A DNA stretch of 64,000 bases from an uncultured Microthrixaceae bacterium (GTDB lineage: Bacteria; Actinomycetota; Acidimicrobiia; Acidimicrobiales; CAVOFX01), in assembly GCA_963695115.1 (NCBI GenBank), contig CAVOFX010000006.1:584-64583 (forward strand), written 5' to 3'. Positions 10,978-21,236 of this stretch are shown in pieces. Numbering within the stretch: position 1 is the first letter of the stretch; each line of letters starts with the position of its first letter. The notes beneath the pieces are model-generated. The model made no database searches, had not been told where the DNA came from, and was given only the letters and a program-made list of their open reading frames with translations. Both the position numbers and the translations under genes were made by a program.

Positions 10978-11079
10978 CCCGTACCACCGAGTCGCTGTTT
11001 GTGCTGGTCAAAGGCGGTATTTCAGAAGGTCGTCTCCCGCCGGGTCACTTCCCGTACCGGCCCGTACCACCCTGTTTCC
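10978..11079 (+). repeat. Direct repeats CCCGTACCACC (x2) and CCCGTACCGG just inside the element A end
   Basis: cccgtaccacc occurs at 10978-10988 and 11061-11071, and cccgtaccgg at 11051-11060. Both full copies are followed within a few nt by ctgttt. Confidence 0.7.
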
Positions 11080-11230
11080 AGGACTTCCGCGGACAAACTG
11101 ATGACAAGCCCGAGGGTGTGTCGGGCGCAGGGCGCGGGGCCCGATTCAGTCCCACGAGACGCCTTCGCGATCTCAAGTTGAGACCGAGCCCGTCCGCCGC
11201 TCAGATCTGAGCCGTAGATCGAGGACTCAC

Positions 11231-11929
11231 CTACTCCTCGGTGACAGCAACCTCGTCCGCGATGATCGACTCCTCGGGGGCGGGGGCCTCGCCCTCGCTC
11301 GCCGGAAGGAGTTGGAGCAGCTCGCCGGATCCGGTCGCGAGGTAGAGCACCTCCACGTCGTCACCATCGCTTTCGTTTGGCGGGGAGATCCTCGTGCGAA
11401 GATGCTGCTGCCGCTTCGCCACCGACTTCTTTCGGTTGTTCCAGCGACCCTTCAGCTCCATCGCCATCAACCCGTCCGTCAAATCGACGACCAAGGCATC
11501 AGCCTGCTTGAGCTGATGGGCTTGTCCGTCCAGGAACTTCCGCAGCGCGGTGTAGGGGTTCTCAGGATCTGCGAGGGCAAGCGCTGCAGCATCGGCGATG
11601 AGAGCCTTACGCCGGATGGCGATGGCGGCCCGGGCCAAGTGCAGTTCGCGGACGAAGAGGTCGGCCTCCTTGGTCGGGCCCCCGAGCATCTCGTCCAGGC
11701 GGTGGTAGTTGACCTTGCCATCGCCTTCAACCAACCGACCGATGAGGTCACTGTGTTGTTCCAAGAACTGGTGCGACCGGTGGAACTCATCGTCAGCGCT
11801 CTTCAAAGCAAGCTCGAGGCTCGGATCGCGGCCGTCAAGGAGGAAACTGATCGCCTCGAGAGAGCTGTGCGTCCGCTGACCGTTGAGACGTGATGCGTTC
11901 CCGGTAGTACCGCTCGTCTTGCCGAGCAA
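11231..11929 (-). CDS. Hypothetical protein (helical, acidic C-terminus); may be the C-terminal part of a frameshifted fusion with 11835-12539
   Basis: This is a 232-aa ORF with a TTG start and no motif I recognise. Its frame stays open upstream (INVESKQRLLGKTSG) and overlaps the end of the preceding ORF. Confidence 0.4.
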   Translation of the reverse strand: MLGKTSGTTGNASRLNGQRTHSSLEAISFLLDGRDPSLELALKSADDEFHRSHQFLEQHSDLIGRLVEGDGKVNYHRLDEMLGGPTKEADLFVRELHLARAAIAIRRKALIADAAALALADPENPYTALRKFLDGQAHQLKQADALVVDLTDGLMAMELKGRWNNRKKSVAKRQQHLRTRISPPNESDGDDVEVLYLATGSGELLQLLPASEGEAPAPEESIIADEVAVTEE

Positions 11930-12539
11930 GCGCTGCTTCGACTCGACGTTGATGGGCGCGCTGTTCGCGCTGGGCGGCCATGTCGACCGCCATCACGGTG
12001 CCGGCGACGGCCAGCACGGGCCACCCGGCGGCGATGGCCCCGCCGACGGCGACGGGCTTCAGAACCGCGTGCGCCGTCTTGCCGCCGGTGCGAGAGAAAC
12101 CCCGGAAGCCCTCCGCTCCAACTGCCCTGACGAGCTCGGCACCCTTCGGCAGCACCGCCCGGAACAGGGTCGGACCGTTGGGATCGACCGCCTCGAGGAC
12201 CTTCACCATCGCTTGTTGGGCCGAAGCGTTGACCGGAATGCTCCGGTACTTCGCGAGCTCCGACTCCGAGACCGGGTAGTATTCGAGGGCGATCGGAACA
12301 GCGGCAGCCTCGAGTGCATCCCAGAAGGCGTCCGGGCTCGACCCAGCAGACCGCAGGACGTTCTCGGCGACGAGGATTCCCTGTGGAGGAAAGGTTGCTT
12401 GAGCTTCGATTGCAGTAGACGCGCTCAGTTCAACGTTGCTTCCCGCTTGACTCGAACCTCGCGAAGACCTCCGGACGAGCCACGCAACGAGGAGCACGGC
12501 CGCAGCGATGACAACGACGGCGACCAACGCGGCGGGCAT
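11835..12539 (-). CDS. Hypothetical membrane protein (N-terminal TM helix plus a second hydrophobic segment)
   Basis: MPAALVAVVVIAAAVLLVAWLV forms an N-terminal anchor. A second hydrophobic stretch is VAVGGAIAAGWPVLAVAGTVMAV. No recognisable catalytic motif is present. Confidence 0.45.
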   Translation of the reverse strand: MPAALVAVVVIAAAVLLVAWLVRRSSRGSSQAGSNVELSASTAIEAQATFPPQGILVAENVLRSAGSSPDAFWDALEAAAVPIALEYYPVSESELAKYRSIPVNASAQQAMVKVLEAVDPNGPTLFRAVLPKGAELVRAVGAEGFRGFSRTGGKTAHAVLKPVAVGGAIAAGWPVLAVAGTVMAVDMAAQREQRAHQRRVEAALARQDERYYRERITSQRSADAQLSRGDQFPP

Positions 12540-12684
12540 CTGTCGAGCCTACCGACACCGAACCTGCGGGGAACTCGAGGGCGCGGTCGCATCCTCGGAC
12601 GGCGGCGCCGAGCGGTTGAACGATGCCAACCTCTCTTGGCGATCGTGGGTCGATCTCACCTCGATGACGGTGCCGCAGACCGGT

Positions 12685-12952
12685 TCACCAATCGCTCCGC
12701 CGAATCCGAGGATCCATGAGGATCGCGTAGACGTACGACGGTCCCTGGAGGTCGGACACCGAGCGGGTGTTCTTCGAGAGGGAGCCTGTCGAGCGCCTTG
12801 GCGAAGTTCGTTCGCGAGAGGTGGCGGACACGGCCGACGGGCAGGAGGTAGTTGCCTGGCACCTCGTACTGGAAGAGGTCACCCCGCACGAGCCTGAAGT
12901 CCTCTCCGGCGTGGGCCTCGATGCGTGACCAGACCGTTCCAATGTCGACCAT
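12685..12952 (-). pseudogene. Small conserved-looking hypothetical gene downstream of the endonuclease, with one frameshift
   Basis: MVDIGTVWSRIEAHAGEDFRLVRGDLFQYEVPGNYLLPVGRVRHLSRTNFAKALDRLP continues in another frame as SKNTRSVSDLQGPSYVYAILMDPRI. Confidence 0.35.
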
Positions 12953-12975
12953 GCTCGCCCCCCTTGCTCGTCCGA

Positions 12976-13720
12976 CTACCCGAGAACTGCCAAGACCTGC
13001 TGACAGCGGCCCCAGAGCTGGGCCGCGAAGCCGTTGAACGACAGCCAGTCGTTCGGGTACGAGTAGGAGTCGGGCCCGCTGGTGATGGCGACGCAGGTGG
13101 CGTCGAGCATCCGTTCCTGGTCGAGGCGCTTGAACGCCATGGCGTAGCGCTCGGCGTAGCTCATCCCGTCGAAGATCGGGTCGACTCCATACCTGCGGGC
13201 ACGGTCTTCCCGCCCAGGAGGTGCTTCGGGTCGGTCGTCTTCGGGGTCTCCTCGACGATCATGAGGTACCCGATCCACGGGCGGATGACCTGAGATCAGG
13301 AGGCCACGCTCGTGTGACTTCCAGACGTCGGCGGCCTGACCGATCGCTTCCTCGACCCGGTTGTTGAAGTTGTTCGCCAGGCTGGATCCCTGCGACTTGG
13401 CTTCGACGATCGCGAGTGCGTGGCCCTTGTACTGGAGCACGACATCCCACGACTTCGACTCGCGGTAGAAGCCCGGCAGGTACATCGGTGTCGCTCGGCG
13501 ATGGATCAGGCGTGATGCCAGCGTCGAGCACGACCTTGCCGGATCAGCTGCCTCGAACGGCGCCATGTGCTTGCCGGCTCGGACTGCAGCCGCTGGTGCC
13601 GCCGACCAGACGTCCCGGCGAGCATCGGACGCCGTCTGCTGCGTTGGTCTTGACGGTCCAGAAGTCGCGGATGGCTGCCGCGAAGGCTGCCGTCGTAGTC
13701 GGGTACGGCGGGGCCGTCAC
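12976..13720 (-). pseudogene. PD-(D/E)XK type II restriction endonuclease (XhoI/PaeR7I-like by recollection), at least 3 frameshifts
   Basis: Fragments lie in three frames: AAIRDFWTVKTN / QQTASDARRDVWSAAPAAAVRAGKHMAPFEAA / LPGFYRESKSWDVVLQYKGHALAIVEAKSQ (a D...E-x-K-like core) / PWIGYLMIVEETPK / DPIFDGMSYAERYAMAFKRL. GGAG lies 5 nt upstream of the GTG at 13720. Confidence 0.55.
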
Positions 13721-13740
13721 GTTCTCCAGCTTCGCGGGTC

Positions 13741-15403
13741 TCAAGCGCCGACCTGGGTGACCCCGTAGACGCGGCCACGCCACGGCAGTGGCTCGCTCGC
13801 ACGTCACGGGCACGCGAAAGCGGAGCGCAGCGGCTCGGCGATCGCGGGCCCTGATCGATTCTGGATCCGGCACGCGGATCTTGCGGAGGTACTGAGCCTG
13901 GAAGCGGTAGGTGCCGCCGCGCATCTTGACGCAGTAGGCGCCGACGAAGAGGTTGGCGATGTCGGAGAGCAGCAGTCCGCCGAGGACCTCGAGGTCCCAG
14001 ACGTCGGAGACGACGAAGTAGAGGTTGTGGTGCGGGTAGAAGCCGCCCTCGTCGAGGACCGGGTGGGCAGCGGCCTTCATGTCCGGGAGCACGAGCTTCG
14101 GTCGGTCGGTCAGGCCGTGATCGACGCGGTCGATCGTGCGGTACCAGGTCGCCGGGCGCTGCTTGGCGACGTGCCGAGCTCGAAGCCGGTCGCCCGTTGT
14201 CGTCGAGGTACTCGGCGAGCTGCGGGTAGTCGATCGAGGTCGACGAGGCCCGACGTCCGTTCCACGGGTTGACGAGGTACCGGCCCGACCAGTCGACGGA
14301 TCCGCTGGTGGTGTCGGGCGCCTGGAGGAGCGGCAGGAGGCGATCGCTCTCGACGAGGTCGGGATCGGTCGGTGATGAAGACGTCGTCGCAGCCGGTCGC
14401 GACGCCGATGCCGACACGGGTGCCGGTCGCCGGGTCTTGGAGCGGCGGGAAGCGAGCCTCGAGGTCGGCGATGAGGGCGAGCTGGCTGTGGCGATCCCGC
14501 CGGCCACAGGTCGCGGCCGCTGAACCAGCCCTCGACTCGCGTCGCCTCGTACGACGCTGTCGGCGACGGTGTTGCGTCGTCCGCGCCGAGCCCAGGCGGA
14601 GAGTCGCGGGGCCTCCGCCTCGCCGAAGCGGCCGTTGGCGTCGACGACGACGGCCTTGCGCTGTGCGCTCGTTGCGGAGCACGACGATGGCCGGGTAGGC
14701 CGAGACGTCGTCCTCGAAGGCGTCGACATCGTGCATCGAGATGACGGTGTCGACGGCGTAGTCGGCGGTGATCAGTTCGCGGAGGTCGGCGCCGTACTGG
14801 TTGCGCATCCATCGGTCGGCACAGATGAAGGAGAGCGCGCCGCCTGGCTTGAGCAGATCGAGGCCCTCGCTCGAAGAAGCCGACGTAGATGTCGGCCCGT
14901 CCTCGCATCGTGGGGCAGATCGCGCCGGTAGGCGTCCATCGTCTGTCGGGAGATGTTCTCGAGCCGGATGTAGGGCGGGTTGCCGACGACGTAGTCCGCG
15001 CTGGCCGACTCGTGGGGGTGGAGCAGGAAGTCACCGGTGGTGATCCACTCGCCCGCCAGCGTCTCGGCGTCCTCGTCGGTCAGGCCTGGCTCATCGAGCA
15101 GCTCGGCGACGGCCTTGCGGGCTGCGCTCGGCGTTCGCGTCGAGGAGGTCGAAGGCTCGAATGGCGCGGACCCAGGATCGCGAAGGTCGCGGCCGTGGGC
15201 GCGGCTCGATGCGATCAGCCGCTCGACGATCGGGACGAGGAACGCGCCGGTACCGCACGACGGCTCGACGAGAACGTCTGACCGCCGAGGTCCTTGTCTG
15301 GCGTGTAGCCGACGAGGTCGAGGATGAGCTCGACGACCCAGCGGCGGGTGAAGACCTCGCCGTAGTCGGCTCCGGGATCGGGGGCGAGTTCAGCGAGAGC
15401 CAT
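13741..15403 (-). pseudogene. N6-adenine DNA methyltransferase (gamma-class, NPPY; TaqI/Eco57I-like architecture), at least 4 frameshifts
   Basis: The N-terminus is MALAELAPDPGADYGEVFTRRWVVELILDLVGY. A VEPSCGTGAF-type motif I and VVGNPPYIRLE motif IV are visible after frame changes. The C-terminal target-recognition part is FYPHHNLYFVVSDVWDLEVLGGLLLSDIANLFVGAYCVKMRGGTYRFQAQYLRKIRVPDP. Confidence 0.8.
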
Positions 15404-15706
15404 CGGGTCCTCGATGAGGGTGAGCTGTCGGGCGGAGCGGCACGTGATCCGCCTCTCACGAACATTCGTTCGATGATAGGGCATCTCGGCGCCGCTGCGG
15501 ACAGACCACTCATGGGGCCAGACCGTACGACGCATCCAGTCGGGTCGGAGGGACCCGCTCCGGGCGAGATGCAGGAGAGTTGGCGGAGCGGCTTGTCGGA
15601 TCCGGCTGCTGCTCGAGAACCCGGCCGGGTGTGGCCCGGCCGTCGACTGGTGGAACAGGTCGAGGGCGACCCACCAAGGCTACCGACGCCCTGTGACGGC
15701 GCGGTG

Positions 15707-18700
15707 CTACAGCGAGAGGCCCGGCGCTGAGCGCTCCGGGCCCAGATGCGGAATGCCCACGGTCTTGTTGAGGTCGGCGATGGCTCGGTTGGCTGCGTAG
15801 TAGGTGGTCCCGTAGTCGGGCTGACCGAGCGGCGGCAGCGGGCCGACGAGGGTGGTCTCGGGGAGATCCCAGAGGGCACGGTGTTGCGCGACGCGCCCTG
15901 CGGCCGCCACCCACCGCTCGCGTGCCGCCGGCTCGTCGGGGACCGGGCCGAGGTGATCGAGTCAGGAGCTGCGCTGGCTGCTCGGCGCTTTGCTCGCCTC
16001 GGATGCGGGCGTCGTCGTCGAGGGCCTGTCGGACCCGCTCGGCATCCGCGCCGTGGCGGTCGGCATGGAGCTCGACCGCCTGATCCCGGGCCAGCCCGCT
16101 CGGTCTCGATCGTTGCGGGCAGGTCCTCCAGCTCGCGCTCCAGGCCCTCGATGTGGCCGGGGAGGGAGCGAACCTCGTTCCTCGCTCGGGCGATCTCGGC
16201 CGTGTGGCCTCGGCGACGGAGGGGACGGTCGTGTTGGTCGAGCGTTCGTGTCGCATCGCTGAGACGCGCCTTGGCCTGGCCGACCAGCTCGGGGAGCTCC
16301 CTCTTCCGTTGAGTGAGCGCGGCGAGGGACCGACCGTGCTCGTCGAGGCGAAGGCGCAGCGTGTCGGCGGCCGACTGGTGCGCGGCGGCCTGCCTCACGA
16401 GGGCACGTAGCTCCGGCTCGGGAAGCGGTTCCCGCCTTGGCCGGTGTCTCCGGATCCGGCCCGCCGGCCTGCCCCGTTGGAGCGCCCTCGCCGACAGGTG
16501 TCAGGCGGTCGAGCCGAACCGCCGTGGCTGGCTGGTCGACCCACGTGCGGGCGACCGCCTCGGCTACGACGTCGGCGGCGGTGCGCTCGTCGTGGAGGAC
16601 GACGAACGCCTCGTTGGTGGAGCGGCCGCGCGGTGAGCGGGACGTAGATGCCGCTCGTGCCGGTGGGGCCGTCGAGGTAGAGGAAGGAGCGGTCGACGGT
16701 GCGGCCTTGGGTGGCGTGGCTGGTCTCGGCGTAGGCCAGCTCGACGTCGGCGGCGACGTAGTCGGCGGGCAGGGTGACCCGACCGGTCGGGCCGTCGACG
16801 GTGAGGCTCCCGTCGCGGTGGACGGCGGCGACGGTCCAGTGGTCGCGGTTCTTGACCATGCGCTGTCGGTCGGTGAGCAGCGTCCGTTCGTTGCGACGCG
16901 TCGCAACCACGTCGCCGACGTGGGCCCGGCTGGACCCGACCTGCACCGAGGGGCTGCGGGGGTCGACCTCGCCGGCGGCGAACCGCGTGGCCTGGGCGAT
17001 CTCGTTGAGGACGGCGACGGCTTCGCGAGTGGGCGCCATCATCGCCGCGCTCTCGCCGGCCGCGATGGCGTCGCGCCAGGCGTGGACGGTGGCCATGGCC
17101 ATCTGCCGGGCGGTGCCGCCGTGGAGGCGGCCGTGCTGTTCGTAGAGGCCGACGACGTCGGTGTCGCCTCGTCGCAGGCGCAGGCTGGCGTCTCGTTCCC
17201 AGGACGCGTCGAAGCGGTGGACCCGGTCGAGCTCGACGGCGCCGAGGGTGTCGACGAGGTGGCCGAACATGCCGGAGCGACCGACGGCGGAGAACTGCAT
17301 CGGGTCACCCACGAGGGCGAGACGCCAGCCGCGTCGCTCGGCCAGCTCGATCATCTCGGCGAGTCGTGGCGTCGGCACCATGGCGGCCTCGTCCACCACG
17401 ACTGTCGAGCCAGCTGGTAGGTCGTACCGGTGCTGGGGTGGACGGTCGAGGCGGTGTTCGATGAGCAGCTTGTCGAGGGTGTCGGCGTCGATGCCGGTGT
17501 CGACCGCCAGCACCTCAGCGGCGGCGGCCGATGGGGCGACGCCGAAGCACGGTCGTCCGTCGGCGTGGAGGCGAGCGACAGCGGGTCGCATGGCGGTGGT
17601 CTTGCCGGTGCCGGCGGGTCCGACGACGAGGACCAGGCGCCGGTCCCCCGCCACCGCCCCCGCGGCGTGGCGCTGGACGACGGTGAGGTCCTCGTCGGCG
17701 GGGATGTCCTGGGCGTCGGCGCCGCCTTCGTCGCTCCAGCGTTGGGTGATCTCGAGGATGCGTTCCTCCTCGTCGAGGATGGCGCTCGTGGTGAGCAGCC
17801 GGTCGAGCGCTCCCTCGGTGACGGGTCGGCCGTCACGACGCAGCGGGACGATCGTCGGGGACGGGGCGGGAGATGTCGACGACGAGGCTGTCCACGACGT
17901 GCGACGCGAGCCGTTCGGCTCGTTCGACGAGCTCGGCGGCGGTGGAGCCGAGTCGGGTCGGGAGCGCAGCGGCGATCTCGCGGGTGATCTCGGCGGGTCG
18001 CCACACCGACTGGGTGTCTCGCAGCGAGGACAAGGCGTCGACCACGGCGGTGCGGTCGATGGCGTCGTCGGGTTCGAGCGGCCGGGTCCGACCCGTCACC
18101 TGGGCGAGGTAGTCGTCGGGCGTGTAGCCGAGGGCGTCGAGCTGGTCGTGCCAGTGCTGGTGCAGCTCGGCGGCGTCGGCGCTGGTCTTGCCCGGTCGGC
18201 TGTCGATCGGCGGCCTCGCGTTCGATGGCCCAGCTCTCTCGGGGTGTCGGTCGCCGGCCGACGGTGTCGACGAAGCGCTCGACCTTCTCGTCGCGTCGCC
18301 GCTTCATCTGCTCGGTGCGCTTGGAGAACTCCGTCGAGGACCTCCTCGGGTGCGTCGGCCATCTCGGCCAGGCCGTTCTCGACGGGCTTCCATCGCACAC
18401 CGAGTCGGGCGGTCAGCTCGGCACGCAGCCCCGCGGCGTAGAGCGCCGAGACGGTGCGCTGGTCGTGCTTGAGGGTGCGGGCGTCGAGGGCGAGCCACCG
18501 GCCGTCGGGCGCCATGACCCGGTTGGCGATCACGAGGTGGGTGTGGATCTGCGGGTCGTGCGCCCGGCTGGTGTGCTGGCGGAACGCCGCGGCGATGATG
18601 CCGTCGGCGTCGACGGTCCAGATCTCGCCGTTGACCCGGTAGCGGCAGTGGGCACGGTCCTCGACCCACCCGAAGGCGGCGGCCACCGCAGCGTCGTGGG

Positions 18701-19029
18701 CGTCGAGCACCTCCTTGCGGACCTGGTCGTCGCCGATGGCGTAGAGCACGGACACCGACTTGGGCGCCGAGCAGGTCACGTCGAACCCGCGGACGGTTCG
18801 GTCGGTGTGGCGGGTGCCGAGCAGCTCGCCATCGAGCGGGTCCCGTCCGTCCATGAGCGTGAGGAAGTCGTCGTCATCGTCCGACGTCGCCGGACAGGCC
18901 GAGTGCGTCGGCGCCGCGGCCGAGCCACCGGCCGGGTGGCTCGTCGCCGTCGAGGTAGTACCGGCCGGGACCTTCGACGTAGTAGGCGCCGGCGTCGTCG
19001 CCCTTGAGCGTGGTCACCCGGGCGGTCAC
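15707..19029 (-). pseudogene. Second, divergent MobF-family relaxase-helicase, at least 6 frameshifts
   Basis: The N-terminus is VTARVTTLKGDDAGAYYVEGPGRYYLDGDEPPGRWLGRGADALGL. Other motifs: GFDVTCSAPKSVSVLY, DPQIHTHLVIANRV, Walker A VVGPAGTGKTT, VVVDEAAMV and AYAETSHATQGRTVD. The pieces are scattered over ORFs 18874-19809, 18096-18854, 17351-18400, 17833-18099, 16395-17654, 15962-16906, 15091-16398 and 15707-15910. Confidence 0.85.
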
Positions 19030-19565
19030 GGCCGACTCCCGCACGAGCGCGTGCACTCGTCTGTCGATCGTTGCGACGCTTGCGCTGGGGTCCTGGGGTT
19101 CATGGGTCGGTCCTTCAGTGGGAGGGCGTGGGTGACGGTGATGCCGGTGCCGTCGAGGTGGAGGACGTAGGTGGGTGGGTCCATGGGTCCGGTGGACGGG
19201 AGCGCTTCGAGGACGCCGCTCGGCGGAGCTGGCGCAGCCGCCGGTGCGCGCTGTCCTTGGAGAGGAACCCGAGCCGCTCGGCGAGACCGCGGGTGCTGGC
19301 CCGCAGCGACGAGCTGACCGTCGACGACCTGCGGCGTCGACGGCGAGCACGTGCGAGCACCGCCACCGCGTCGGGTCCGTGCTCGCGCAGGAAGGCGAGC
19401 GCTTCGGGGTAGCGGTGCTCGACCGACGCCTCGCCCGCCGCCAAGGTCGGCGCCGCGACCGGTGGGGCCTCGACCGTCCGCATGGCTCGGCGTGGGCGCG
19501 GCCGAACCGGACGCTTCCGCACGCTCCTCGGTCGGGACGTCGATGAGGCTGAGCTGTTCGGACAT
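19026..19565 (-). pseudogene. Winged-helix/HTH DNA-binding protein upstream of the relaxase, frameshifted
   Basis: The peptides PEALAFLREHGPDAVAVLA and STRGLAERLGFLSKDSAHRRLRQLRRA are in one frame. VLEALPSTGPMDPPTYVLHLDGTGITV is in another. The stop overlaps the relaxase GTG (GTGA). Confidence 0.45.
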
Positions 19566-19859
19566 GGCGACCTCCGGACAGGCCGGGAGATCCCATCCAC
19601 CCCAATAAGCCGTTTCGGCAGGCCGGATCTCGCGCAGAAATCCGAGAAATCAGCGGAAGCGTCTTGTCCCCGGGGTGCGACACGGGGCGGTGTCGGCAAC
19701 AGGACTGGTCAGGTCGACCGTGCTGTGCGACGATCGACTCGCTCCCCGCTGCGACGGCCACCAGGCCCGCGGCGGGCCTCTCGTGGCGAGGGTTGTCGCC
19801 GCCTCCCATCTCCGACCACGGCCGACTGGCCGGTCGGATCGACTGCCCGGGAGGCAGCC

Positions 19860-21235
19860 ATGGCCACGAGCCGCAACAACGTCCGCAAGCGCGGAACCAC
19901 CTGGACCTACTACGCCTACGTCACCGACGGCACCGGCAAGCGCCGCCAGATCTCCAAGGGCGGCTTCGCCACCCGCCGCGAAGCCGAAGCGGCCCGCGTC
20001 GAGGCCCTGTCCACCATGGCCAACGGCACCTGGGTGCGTCCCGAGCGACTGACCGTGCGCGACTTCCTCGTCGACGAGTGGCTGCCCACCCAGCGACCGC
20101 CGACGCTCGAGGAGAGCACCTACACGAGCTACGCCCGCAACATCCGCCTCCACGTCGCTGCCCCACATCGGCGGCCTCGCCCTCCAGCAGCTCACCCCGA
20201 TGGACCTCAACGCGCTCTACCGCACGCTGCTCGAGTCAGGCCGCCAACCGCCAGGCGTGCCGCCCCGCCAGCACGACCCCGCCACCCTCGCCCTCATCGA
20301 GAAGCTCCGAGCCGACGGGCTCACCTGGCAGCAGGTGGCCGACGAGGTCGGCGACCAGGTGCCCGACCTCGCCGGCATCACCCGCCACGCCGTGGCGTCG
20401 CTGCACCGTCGAGCCCACGAACCGAAGCCGGCGAAGAAGTCCGAGCCCGGGCTGAGCAACCGGACCGTGCGCTACATCCACACGATCATCCACGCGGCGC
20501 TCGCGCGACGCGCTGCGCTGGAACCGCGTCGCCCGCAACGTCGCCGACGCCGCCACTCCCCCACCGCAGGGCTCGACGAGGCGAGGCCGGCCCAACGTGT
20601 GGACCGGCCGACCAGCTCGGCCTGTTCCTCGACTACGTGGCCGACAGCCCCTACCTGCCGGCATGGCTGTACCTCGCCACCTCCGGCTCACGCCGCGGCG
20701 AGGTGCTCGGCCTCAAGTGGGACGACGTCGACCTCGACGCCGCCACGGCGATCATGTCCCGCCAGGTGACCATGGTCGACCACCGCATGGTCATCAAGGA
20801 GCTCCCCAAGACCAAGGCCGGGCACATGATCCTGCTCGACCCCGGCACCGTCGAGATGCTCGCCAACCACCGCGAGCACCAGGCCGAGGACAAGCGCCTC
20901 CTCGGCGCCGGCTACCACGACGACGGCTGGATCTTCTGCCGACCCGACGGCACGCCCGCACCACCCCGAGCGGTTCAGCCGCCAGTTCCGCCGCAAGCAG
21001 GAGACCTACAACAAGGCCAACCCCGACGAGCCGCTCCCCGAGACTCAAGCTCCACGGCCTCCGCCACACCTGGGCGACCCTCGCCCTCCAGGAAGGCATC
21101 GACATCCACGTCGTGAGCGACCGCCTCGACCACAGCAGCACCCACATCACGAGGGAGATCTACACCCACGTCACGAGGCCCATGCAGTCCGACGCCGCCG
21201 ACCGCGTGGCGGCGCGGATCCTCCGCCGGGAGTGA
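19860..21235 (+). pseudogene. Tyrosine recombinase/phage-type integrase, at least 4 frameshifts
   Basis: The N-terminal SAM-like/AP2-like part is MATSRNNVRKRGTTWTYYAYVTDGTGKRRQISKGGFATRREAEAARVE. The core is LATSGSRRGEVLGLKWDDVDL. The catalytic tail is LKLHGLRHTWATLALQEGIDIHVVSDRLDHSSTHITREIYTHV (R..HxxR..Y). The pieces alternate among three frames. Confidence 0.85.
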
Positions 21236-21236
21236 A

